From positions 30,803-94,802 of the forward strand of contig JAJZNA010000014.1 in assembly GCA_021848065.1 (NCBI GenBank): a DNA stretch of 64,000 nt, read 5' to 3'. The stretch comes from Candidatus Micrarchaeota archaeon. GTDB lineage: Archaea; Micrarchaeota; Micrarchaeia; Micrarchaeales; CABMGC01. Positions 53,490 to 61,693 of this stretch are shown piece after piece (the first letter of the stretch is position 1; each line of letters begins with the position of its first letter). Made by a program: the position numbers and the translations under genes. The notes under the pieces were generated by a model, which saw only the letters and a list, made by a program, of their open reading frames with translations, ran no database searches and was not told the DNA's origin.

Positions 53490-56236
53490 AAAATGGCATA
53501 GCTTCGGGGAAGGGCATGAAAGCCCAGATGTTCTCACTCACGGCGCTCATATTCGTGCTACTCATGGTAGTCGCCCTCCTGCTTTTTGTCGTGATGGGGA
53601 TAGGGTACGACAGCGTGTCCGAGTCTTCAATACTTTCAGGCAGCACGACAAACTACGGAAGCCTGCTCTCCAGCAGCGCAGACTCGTTCGCATACACCAG
53701 CGCATCAACGGCGCTCTCCACGCTATTCACTTACGAGTATAATTCCTCATTGAGGGGAACCAATTTCATATCAAACCTCAGCGCATTCATGGTACCGCTT
53801 ATGGAGAACGGAACCATCCCCAATGTCACGGGCGGCTCGATAGATGGAAACTACATAAGCTCGCTTATGGGCAATGCCACTTTCGCTGCCTACAATTCAG
53901 GCATAAGCTCGGTGACAGGGATGTCATCAAAACAGGTGTCCATAACCCAGACAAAGCCAGTAATATCCCAGGAAAGCCCGTACTCAATAACAATAAGGTA
54001 CACTGAAAACGTTCTCATAAACACATCAACAGGGGTATACCACTTCAATATACCTGTAAACGTCTCAATGCCCCTCAACGGCACTCCCGACCTGTTCTAC
54101 GCCCAACAGGGTGTCTACAGGCAGATGCGCTTCTCAAGCCTGCAGGGACTTGTGAAGGTAATAGGCAACGAGTACGCAACTACGGGAAATAGCAGCGGAT
54201 TTGTATACGGCACGGTGATTCAGATCCCATCGGGGGCTACATCGTGCAGCGCAGTTCCGAGCTCTCTTTCAGTAGCTCCATATGACAAATTCGTCATACT
54301 GGCAACTGCCAACGCCTTCGGAATAACCGGAGGCGCAAGCACGTGTGCAAGCCAATTCGGCGGCCTTGTGGCACAGCTTATTGACACTCCGCCAAGTACC
54401 CCGTACCTGCTCTATCCTTCAGGATCGGACATACTGAACTACCTTACTACAGGGAGGCAGGTGCTGCTTTACGGTCCAGGCCTCTCCGTCCTCAATGTGA
54501 GCGGGCTTGATTCGGCAGCTGCTGCGGGAGATTACTTCACATCCCCATTTACGCCTTCATATCTCCAAAGGGTTACAGGGAATTTCAGGACTGGGTCACC
54601 AAACGGCATATTCACCCTCTTTCCTTATAGCCGCCAGGTCCTGGCACTTAATGGCAGTGCTCCTGCTTCAGCCGTAACTCTCGGGGAGCAGCAGAAAGGA
54701 ATAACTTCCTACACTGTAGCTGCATGGGTATATCCTGCTTCGCAATCCGGGCTCATAGAGAGTGACAGGGGCAGCGGCGCAGGCCACAGCCTCACTCTGG
54801 GATTCGGCGGCTCCCTAGGATGCCTGGCGCCTCAGGGCAGCTTCTTTTTTGGAGACAGCAGCGACGGTGTGGGCCTCGGTGTAGAATCCAGTGCCCAGTA
54901 TCCTTCTAACACCTGGTATTATGTGGTAGGCACATTCAGCGGCAAGTCTGGGACAGCGGTAAGTCCCTCGCAATTCAAGCTGTACATAAATGGCAATGAG
55001 GTTCAGACAAATTCGTGGTGCAGTGCAGGCGCAGACACGGCGCCTCTTACCGGCCTCGGGGGAATATCAATCGGCTCGGGCTCCCCTTCTGTTACTGAAT
55101 CAGGCAGCATCTCCGGGTATGTTGCAAATCTCCAGATATACAACTCCACCCTCAGCGCGGCGCAGATAGCAAACCTCTACCAGCAGGGCGTCGAAGGACT
55201 TCCAATATCCAGTGCCAAACTTCAGGGATGGTATACTCTCAACGGCAATCCAAACGATTATAGTGGAAATCAATACTCAAACTCAACTTCAGTAAATACT
55301 TCCTATGTAACCATTCCCGACTATACCCGCGATGCCGCATACGTGCAGCAGTACCCGTCAAATACATATGCCATACCCGGCCTTCTGTCATGCAACAACA
55401 ATGCTCAGTGCGGCGCCCCGGGCAAACCCCAGGTGTACCTGTCCGATGCGCCTTTGGAGCTCGGCAATTACGGGATCACTGCCCCATATTTCGACGGCCT
55501 GACAAGCAACGTCATGCTGCCTTCGGCCGCAAGACTCAGCCCTCCTTCATTTGCGGTATCATTCTGGGTAGATGAGCCCGTCGCCCAGTCATACTGGACA
55601 TCCATAGTGGACAAAGGGCGCGCAGAATCAAACGTGCTCTTGGAGGACTGGTATTTCCTAACCCCCAATACAAAGTGCGGCAATGGGCAGGGGATAGACT
55701 TCGGTGCCGGAATTTCAGGCGCCTCGTTCAAGGAGCTGTGCTATAACTGGGGCAACCCCGGGTGGCACTATGTTGTAGGGGAATTCAGCAACACCCTGCT
55801 GACAGAGTACCTCTATATCGATGGTACAGAGGTGAACAGCACCCTCCTGACATCGAGGTTCTCAGAGGAGTCATATCCGATAATGCTTGGCGCACGAAGC
55901 CCTTCCAGTACCAATACCCAGGCTTATTTCCTTGGCTACATTTCAAACCTGCAGGTATACAACACGACCCTTACTGGTTCGCAGATAATGGGCATGTACC
56001 GCGCAGGAATCACCGCGCCGCCTCTTTATAACACAAGCAACCTTGCCGGATGGTGGCCTCTGAGCGGCAACCTGAACGACTACAGCGGCTATAGGGATAA
56101 CGGCCAGGCAAATTCCCTTTCGTATGCATTCATACAGGCGAATTACTCCACAGCGTCATACAACTATACCGGCCTCTCCACCGCCGGCGCCGTATCGCGC
56201 GAGTGGCAGTCCCTAGGATTCCCTGCTCCTCCTTGA
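53480..56236 (+). CDS. prepilin-like giant surface protein with two Laminin_G_3 modules
   Basis: 918 aa. ...GKGMKA-QMFSLTALIFVLLMVVALLLFVV. LamG ends are VANLQIYNSTLSAAQIANLY and ISNLQVYNTTLTGSQIMGMY. LamG starts are GWYTLNGNPNDYSGN and GWWPLSGNLNDYSG. Confidence 0.7.
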   Translation: MEMKNGIASGKGMKAQMFSLTALIFVLLMVVALLLFVVMGIGYDSVSESSILSGSTTNYGSLLSSSADSFAYTSASTALSTLFTYEYNSSLRGTNFISNLSAFMVPLMENGTIPNVTGGSIDGNYISSLMGNATFAAYNSGISSVTGMSSKQVSITQTKPVISQESPYSITIRYTENVLINTSTGVYHFNIPVNVSMPLNGTPDLFYAQQGVYRQMRFSSLQGLVKVIGNEYATTGNSSGFVYGTVIQIPSGATSCSAVPSSLSVAPYDKFVILATANAFGITGGASTCASQFGGLVAQLIDTPPSTPYLLYPSGSDILNYLTTGRQVLLYGPGLSVLNVSGLDSAAAAGDYFTSPFTPSYLQRVTGNFRTGSPNGIFTLFPYSRQVLALNGSAPASAVTLGEQQKGITSYTVAAWVYPASQSGLIESDRGSGAGHSLTLGFGGSLGCLAPQGSFFFGDSSDGVGLGVESSAQYPSNTWYYVVGTFSGKSGTAVSPSQFKLYINGNEVQTNSWCSAGADTAPLTGLGGISIGSGSPSVTESGSISGYVANLQIYNSTLSAAQIANLYQQGVEGLPISSAKLQGWYTLNGNPNDYSGNQYSNSTSVNTSYVTIPDYTRDAAYVQQYPSNTYAIPGLLSCNNNAQCGAPGKPQVYLSDAPLELGNYGITAPYFDGLTSNVMLPSAARLSPPSFAVSFWVDEPVAQSYWTSIVDKGRAESNVLLEDWYFLTPNTKCGNGQGIDFGAGISGASFKELCYNWGNPGWHYVVGEFSNTLLTEYLYIDGTEVNSTLLTSRFSEESYPIMLGARSPSSTNTQAYFLGYISNLQVYNTTLTGSQIMGMYRAGITAPPLYNTSNLAGWWPLSGNLNDYSGYRDNGQANSLSYAFIQANYSTASYNYTGLSTAGAVSREWQSLGFPAPP

Positions 56237-56249
56237 CCCACCCTGCACT

Positions 56250-57254
56250 CTATGTGGGTGCAAATGATGAGAACAGCCCTGCTATGAAGAGCGATACCAC
56301 CAGGAATATAGCGAGCCCTGCTATGATGAACACTGGCATGTACTTTATTCCCCTGAAAGGCACTCCAGTGGCTATTGCCGCTATGATGAAGGATCCGAAC
56401 CCTGTTATGACGAATATGGCCGCCAGGGAGAAATAGTAATAGCCCTGCGGTGTTATCAGGGGCTTGGACAGCTTTATGAATGACACTCCGACCGACGGGA
56501 GGCTCGATGCCGTGTTCAGGGAGATCCTCGACCATACTGTGGATGTGACTCCTATCATCTCGTTGGTGAGGCCATAGAGCGCCGGCGCGCCTATTATCGC
56601 CGCGAAGGCTATGAATATCGTGTACATGAAAAGCTGGCCTGCGACCTCTTTCTGCACCATGTGCTGGTTCCTCATGTCCTTGGCTATCTGGTTGAGCAGG
56701 TCTGCCATCCCTCCTCCGTACTGCTGGGCCTCCACAATGACCCTCACTGTCCTCTTCAGGGTCGGGGACCTGTATTTAGCGCCAAGCTGGGTCAGTACGT
56801 GGGCCATGGTCTCTCCGGAATAAAGCTGCCTGCCCATTATCGTGACATCCTCTGAGAAATACTTGAAATCCGGCCTCACTGCCATCACCAGGGCCTTTGA
56901 CATTGACACACCGCTCCTCATGTTGGCTGCGGTTAGTTGCAGATAATCCGGAAGCACGTCCTCTACGAAGCTCTTCCTCTGGTCTATCCTGAATTCCAGC
57001 AGGGCGTAAAGCACCACTTCATATATCACGCTCATCCCAATGCCGGCGAGTAGTGCCAGGCCTGCATTAAGCTTGAGCCCTATCGAAAGGCTGAAAGAGA
57101 CCATTATGGTTATTGCTACCCATCCCAGGATGGCTCCTGCAAGGAACCTGTTGACGCTAGTCCTGACTCCTGCAAGGTCGAGCTCTGTTGACACGAACCT
57201 TGCAACGTTCCTTCCTACCAACCTTTCGAATACTATTGTTGCCATGAACATCAA
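56250..57254 (-). CDS. T2SS-F/TadC/FlaJ-like filament platform membrane protein (second half-size paralog)
   Basis: 334 aa. The T2SSF-type cytoplasmic helical domain (LPDYLQLTAANMRSGVSMSKAL...GETMAHVLTQL...) is flanked by TM helices. Overlaps the upstream paralog by 4 nt. Confidence 0.75.
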   Translation of the reverse strand: MMFMATIVFERLVGRNVARFVSTELDLAGVRTSVNRFLAGAILGWVAITIMVSFSLSIGLKLNAGLALLAGIGMSVIYEVVLYALLEFRIDQRKSFVEDVLPDYLQLTAANMRSGVSMSKALVMAVRPDFKYFSEDVTIMGRQLYSGETMAHVLTQLGAKYRSPTLKRTVRVIVEAQQYGGGMADLLNQIAKDMRNQHMVQKEVAGQLFMYTIFIAFAAIIGAPALYGLTNEMIGVTSTVWSRISLNTASSLPSVGVSFIKLSKPLITPQGYYYFSLAAIFVITGFGSFIIAAIATGVPFRGIKYMPVFIIAGLAIFLVVSLFIAGLFSSFAPT

Positions 57255-58255
57255 CTCGCGAAGCTGGGCCTTGAAGAGGACACCATCCTCAGGAACACGA
57301 ACTGCAGGAATGCCAGTCCCAGGACCGCCATTATCAGCGTGTTATTGTCTATCGTGAATATGCTTATGAAAGTCGACATTATGGCAGCAACAGCTATGCC
57401 CATGCTCGGGAATATCACTCCGAAGAGCATGTAGAACATGGCTATCGCGTTGAGCCTCTGCCCGTATCTCCTTAGCTCTATGACCCTCTCCTGGCTGACA
57501 TCGTTTATGACCTCCTGTATCGAGCTGATGACATCAGATCCCACCTTTATGCTGGTGCTCGCCTGGAGCATCAGCTTCTTGAACGTCGCCGACCTGCTCT
57601 TCTCGCTTACCTCGTCTATTGCCTGGTCCATCGGCATGCCTAGCTGCACTCTGTCTATTATCTTCTCGAACTCCCTGCTTGCTGCCCCATACCCCACGCT
57701 CACCGTGGCCATCGCATTGAACAGCGGCACCCCGGACCTCATGCTTACTATCATGTCCCTGGCTGCGAAAAGCACATCCTTCTCAACATCATTGCCCACT
57801 GACTTTGTCTTCCTTATCGGATAGGACATGAGCATCTGGTATCCCATGAAGTACGCTGCAGCGGCTCCAGCCACAGCGAACAATGCGAACACCGTTTCAA
57901 GCTTCAGCACAAACACTGCAATGACTCCAACCACTAGAACTGCCACTGCCGCAATCCTTGCCTTGTTCATTGAGCTGGCCATGTACTGCTCTGGAGTCAT
58001 CTTCATGCCTATCTCCACCAGCGCAGGCGCGAGGTTTGCCAGCATCTTCATCTGGAGGGCGCTGCGCTTCATTGTGGTCTGTTTTGCTGGCCTTGCAGCC
58101 TGGGCCTTTGGCTTCCCAGCAGTAGGTGTGGGGGTCACTTGCTCCTTGACTACCTTGTAAATTGGCTTTGCCTTTATCTTGAAGAACAAGAACCTTCCAG
58201 GCTTCGTAAACCCGACTATCTGCCTGTTTACGATGGCCTTCTTTTTGAACAGCAT
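57251..58255 (-). CDS. T2SS-F/TadB/FlaJ-like filament platform membrane protein (first half-size paralog)
   Basis: 334 aa. T2SSF-type domain (DVLFAARDMIVSMRSGVPLFNAMATV...GMPMDQAIDEV...) plus TM helices. Confidence 0.75.
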   Translation of the reverse strand: MLFKKKAIVNRQIVGFTKPGRFLFFKIKAKPIYKVVKEQVTPTPTAGKPKAQAARPAKQTTMKRSALQMKMLANLAPALVEIGMKMTPEQYMASSMNKARIAAVAVLVVGVIAVFVLKLETVFALFAVAGAAAAYFMGYQMLMSYPIRKTKSVGNDVEKDVLFAARDMIVSMRSGVPLFNAMATVSVGYGAASREFEKIIDRVQLGMPMDQAIDEVSEKSRSATFKKLMLQASTSIKVGSDVISSIQEVINDVSQERVIELRRYGQRLNAIAMFYMLFGVIFPSMGIAVAAIMSTFISIFTIDNNTLIMAVLGLAFLQFVFLRMVSSSRPSFAS

Positions 58256-58266
58256 TATACCAATAC

Positions 58267-58878
58267 CTACTTTATACCCAATTTAATTAATACTTCCTTG
58301 AGCTTCTTGTCCCTAAGGGCCAGAATGCCTGTGTCGGCTCCCTGAGGCGCCTTGCGCACCGCCAGGGATTTCGAAAGCCCCGAAACCTCCATCCTAATGA
58401 TGCCCATATGCTCCTTGTCGAAAGCCCCTGTATCTATCCCTTCCATTATCTTCTCAAGCTCGCTAAGCTGGTCGCTTGGCGACAGCCCGGGAAGTACAAG
58501 TCCCTTGCCCGGCTTGGCCTCGGTAACCTTTGCCATGACGCTCCCTATGCTGGATAGCGCATCCTCGAGTTCCTTTGCTGCGCCTCCAATCTCCCTGATT
58601 ATGTCCTCCCCAGCCTTGGCTCCAGCCTTCGGCACTGCGGCCACGTGCCTTGCAGCAGCCTCCCTTACCTCCCTCTGGTAGGGTTCCTGGAAAGACCTTC
58701 CCCTGCCTTCTAGCCTTTCCACGAAGTTGACTGTGCTCACTATCCCTTTTGTATCATACTCCCTGAGCCTGACCTTGTCTTCCGCCTCGTCTATGCTTAT
58801 CTTGATGGACCTCTGCCCGGTGTCCTGGGCCTCCATCTTGGAAATCATATCCACTGCGCCAGAATAATCCATAATCAA
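58267..58878 (-). CDS. hypothetical soluble protein in the filament-assembly operon
   Basis: 203 aa, acidic, with no TM helix, no P-loop and no family recognised. Its start abuts the ATPase stop. Confidence 0.5.
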   Translation of the reverse strand: MIMDYSGAVDMISKMEAQDTGQRSIKISIDEAEDKVRLREYDTKGIVSTVNFVERLEGRGRSFQEPYQREVREAAARHVAAVPKAGAKAGEDIIREIGGAAKELEDALSSIGSVMAKVTEAKPGKGLVLPGLSPSDQLSELEKIMEGIDTGAFDKEHMGIIRMEVSGLSKSLAVRKAPQGADTGILALRDKKLKEVLIKLGIK

Positions 58879-60387
58879 TCACTTTATCAGGTCTGGTGTA
58901 TACTTGACATTCTCCTTCGCAAGTGCCACCACCTTGTCCTTGTTCTTGTAATACTGGGCGATGACGTTTCCGGCATCATTGACATTTGTCACGTCATTTG
59001 CCACCATCCAGTTGAGTATCATTGATTTCTCCGTTATGTCGTCCATCAGCTCCTTGTACGTGTAGCCTCCGTATAGGGATATCAGCTCAGAGAGCCTTGA
59101 GAGGTTCGAGACCTGCGCGAATGTATCGTTTCTCAGGTTCCACCTGTACAGCACGTTGGCGTCTCCGCTGTTAAGCATCTCTCCAAGCTCAAGAACCCTC
59201 CTTATGCCCAGCCTCCTGTGCCTGAATAGTGATATTATGCCTCCTATGGAGTTGAGCATAACCTTTGGTATGTCTATCGGGGGGTTCGTCATCCTTACTA
59301 CAGTATCCTGTACGTTGTCTGCGTGGATGGTGCCGTACACCGCGTGACCCGTGTGTATTGCCTCGAAGAGAGTCTGGGCGTCGTACTTCGTCCTGATTTC
59401 TCCGACAAGCATTATGTCCGGCCTCTGCCTCAGCGCGTTTATCATGAGGTTGTACAGGCTTATCTCTCCCTTCCCTTCTGCGTTTGCCTGCCTGGTCAGC
59501 ATCGGCACCCACTGCAGGAAGTCCGGCAATGTAAGCTCCCTGGTCTCTTCGATGGATATTACCCTGTGGTTTGGAGGCATGAATATTGACATGGCATTAA
59601 GGAAGCTAGTCTTTCCGCTTGCTGTCCCTCCTGAAAGCACGAGGCTGATCTCGTTCTGCACGCACACCCATATTATGGATGCTATCTCTGCCGATGTCGA
59701 ATGCGACTTTATCAGCGCAGGCATGGTCCAAGGGTTCTTGGAGAACTTCCTTATTGTTATCGTGTTCCCGCTCTGCGACACTGGATATAACGTGGCGTTT
59801 ACTCTTGAACCGTCAGCCAGCTCTGCGTCCATGAGCGGCGAGAGCGTTGTTATCTGCCTACCGACCCTCCTGCCTATTGCCTCGGCATGGTCGTATATGG
59901 CCTCTTCGTTGTAAAGCTTAAGGTTGGTCTTGCACCATGCGAACTTCTTGTGGAAGACCCAGACGTAGTCCTTAGACCCGTTGACGGCTATCTCTTCAAG
60001 ATTCTCGTCGGCAAGGAGGACCTCAAGGTCCCCAAGCCCCAGCATTATGTTTATTATGTACGCTATCAGTATGGCCTTGACCTGCGGCTTGGTGCCGGGC
60101 AGGTACTTGTCTATGACGACAGATGCGGCGTTTATGTACTTCTTGTTGAGGTCTGCCACATATTCCGTGTCTGTTATCTTGGTGGTGTCAACCGGCACGA
60201 GCTTGAGCAGCTCTCCCCTCAGCGACGTAAGAAGTATCTTGGTGGCATCTCCGACCCCGGGCACATTTATCTCGTAACTCGGTACGAATTCCCCCTTGTC
60301 CACGATGCGTATCTTCGCCTCAATACCGCTGGCGGTGAGGCTGTAGTTAGTAAGCTCTTTGGAATTTTCAGCGACCTGCTCAGCCAT
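58879..60387 (-). CDS. GspE/FlaI/TadA-type type IV filament (secretion) ATPase
   Basis: 502 aa. Walker A SGGTASGKTS, Asp box ISIEETRELTL, Walker B RQRPDIMLVGEIR, His box GHAVYGTIHA. Confidence 0.85.
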   Translation of the reverse strand: MAEQVAENSKELTNYSLTASGIEAKIRIVDKGEFVPSYEINVPGVGDATKILLTSLRGELLKLVPVDTTKITDTEYVADLNKKYINAASVVIDKYLPGTKPQVKAILIAYIINIMLGLGDLEVLLADENLEEIAVNGSKDYVWVFHKKFAWCKTNLKLYNEEAIYDHAEAIGRRVGRQITTLSPLMDAELADGSRVNATLYPVSQSGNTITIRKFSKNPWTMPALIKSHSTSAEIASIIWVCVQNEISLVLSGGTASGKTSFLNAMSIFMPPNHRVISIEETRELTLPDFLQWVPMLTRQANAEGKGEISLYNLMINALRQRPDIMLVGEIRTKYDAQTLFEAIHTGHAVYGTIHADNVQDTVVRMTNPPIDIPKVMLNSIGGIISLFRHRRLGIRRVLELGEMLNSGDANVLYRWNLRNDTFAQVSNLSRLSELISLYGGYTYKELMDDITEKSMILNWMVANDVTNVNDAGNVIAQYYKNKDKVVALAKENVKYTPDLIK

Positions 60388-61651
60388 TCACATCCTCCTT
60401 TCCCTTTCCTGTTCCTTCATCACTCTGCGCGTTTTCCGGTGCAATCGACTTGAACTTATCCCCAATGGCTCCGGCGGCCTTCCTGAGATTCTCTACGGTC
60501 TCGCTAGCACTCTGCGTCCTGTTCTTGAGCGCATTCTTCCTCATCTGCTTCTCCGCAGGCCTCCTCCTGGCCGATAGGGCCTTGGCGTCCTGCATCATGG
60601 TGCTGAGGCTCTTAAGTAGCATGTTGCGCTGTTCCGTAGCCGCGTCCAGGTCCTTCTTTATGGACAGCAGGGTGTCGTTTATGCCGGACATGTCCCCGAG
60701 CTGTTTCTTGAGCTCTTCAGACTTTGATTTCAGTTCTACAAGATCCTTTCCTGCGACGTCGCTGAGCCTCTTAACTTCCGACATCGTCTTGTCGAACTCA
60801 TCGAATATCGCCTTCCGCTTGTTGTCAGCATTCCTTATCAGCACCTCAGAATTCCTCTTGTAGTCTTTACCGGTCTTCTCGTACTCCCTTATCTGCTTCT
60901 CCTCAAGGTTGACTATCTGCACAAGCTGCTCAGTCTTGTCCCTTATGTCTCTGCGCATCTCCAGCGCATTCTTCCTGTACCTGTATACTAGCTGGTCCAG
61001 GGCCTTGGACATCTCGTCCATGTTTGCATTGTAAAGGTTAAGCCTCCCCCTTATGTCCTCGGCTATTCCCCTTGCATTGTTAGTGTCAAGAGTAAAGCCA
61101 GAAAGCATGGTGGAGTACTTCTGCAGCGCGTCGAACTCTTTCTGCATCTGCGCCCTTATCTCCTCAAGGTGCTTCGCGTTGGTCTCCATCTTCTTCTCGA
61201 AAGTGTCTATCCTTGCCTGCACCGAGTTTACTTTGTCGAGGAATGGCTTGACGTTCTTGTACTTCGTCTTGAACATCTCGTCTACGGTGGATATGGACTT
61301 GCTGAACTGATCTATCCTTGAAGATATCTGGTTCACCGCAGCAATCTGCGAGGCTATGTCCGCCTCTATTCGCATCTGTTCAGACTCCTCGCTTACCTTG
61401 ACTTCGGCCTCAGTAGGTGCGGCCACGCCCTTCCCTGCCGGCGCGCCCCCTTCCATTAGCGAGAGGAACATCCTGCCGGACCTGTTGACTATCCTTATGA
61501 CGTTTGCTTTCTCCAGTATATTTGACCATTCTATTATTGTTGCTTCACCAACGCCCAGCACTGAAGCTACCACACTTATATTTGTCTCTCCATGCTCCTT
61601 GAGGTAGGCAACCAGACTATCTATGCTTGTCTTAATCTCCTGGTCGGCCAT
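60380..61651 (-). CDS. winged-helix N-terminal domain plus long coiled-coil protein
   Basis: 423 aa. The N-terminal 65 aa look like a wHTH (ISVVASVLGVGEATIIEWSNILEKANVIRI). The rest is heptad-rich, Lys/Glu-rich helix. Overlaps the ATPase start by 8 nt. Confidence 0.55.
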   Translation of the reverse strand: MADQEIKTSIDSLVAYLKEHGETNISVVASVLGVGEATIIEWSNILEKANVIRIVNRSGRMFLSLMEGGAPAGKGVAAPTEAEVKVSEESEQMRIEADIASQIAAVNQISSRIDQFSKSISTVDEMFKTKYKNVKPFLDKVNSVQARIDTFEKKMETNAKHLEEIRAQMQKEFDALQKYSTMLSGFTLDTNNARGIAEDIRGRLNLYNANMDEMSKALDQLVYRYRKNALEMRRDIRDKTEQLVQIVNLEEKQIREYEKTGKDYKRNSEVLIRNADNKRKAIFDEFDKTMSEVKRLSDVAGKDLVELKSKSEELKKQLGDMSGINDTLLSIKKDLDAATEQRNMLLKSLSTMMQDAKALSARRRPAEKQMRKNALKNRTQSASETVENLRKAAGAIGDKFKSIAPENAQSDEGTGKGKEDVNG

Positions 61652-61693
61652 TGGATCAACGATAATAAATTCATGGGGTTTAACTTATTAAAC

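Noticed and set aside
47348-56236. Alternative reading of the giant LamG proteins as S-layer subunits or Sec-secreted adhesins unrelated to the neighbouring ATPase operon
   Set aside because: This reading is not fully excluded. However, all five ORFs share the same pilin-like N-terminal motif, are translationally coupled with two small pilin-sized proteins, and abut a complete ATPase/platform set. I therefore favour the filament-subunit interpretation and list what would refute it.
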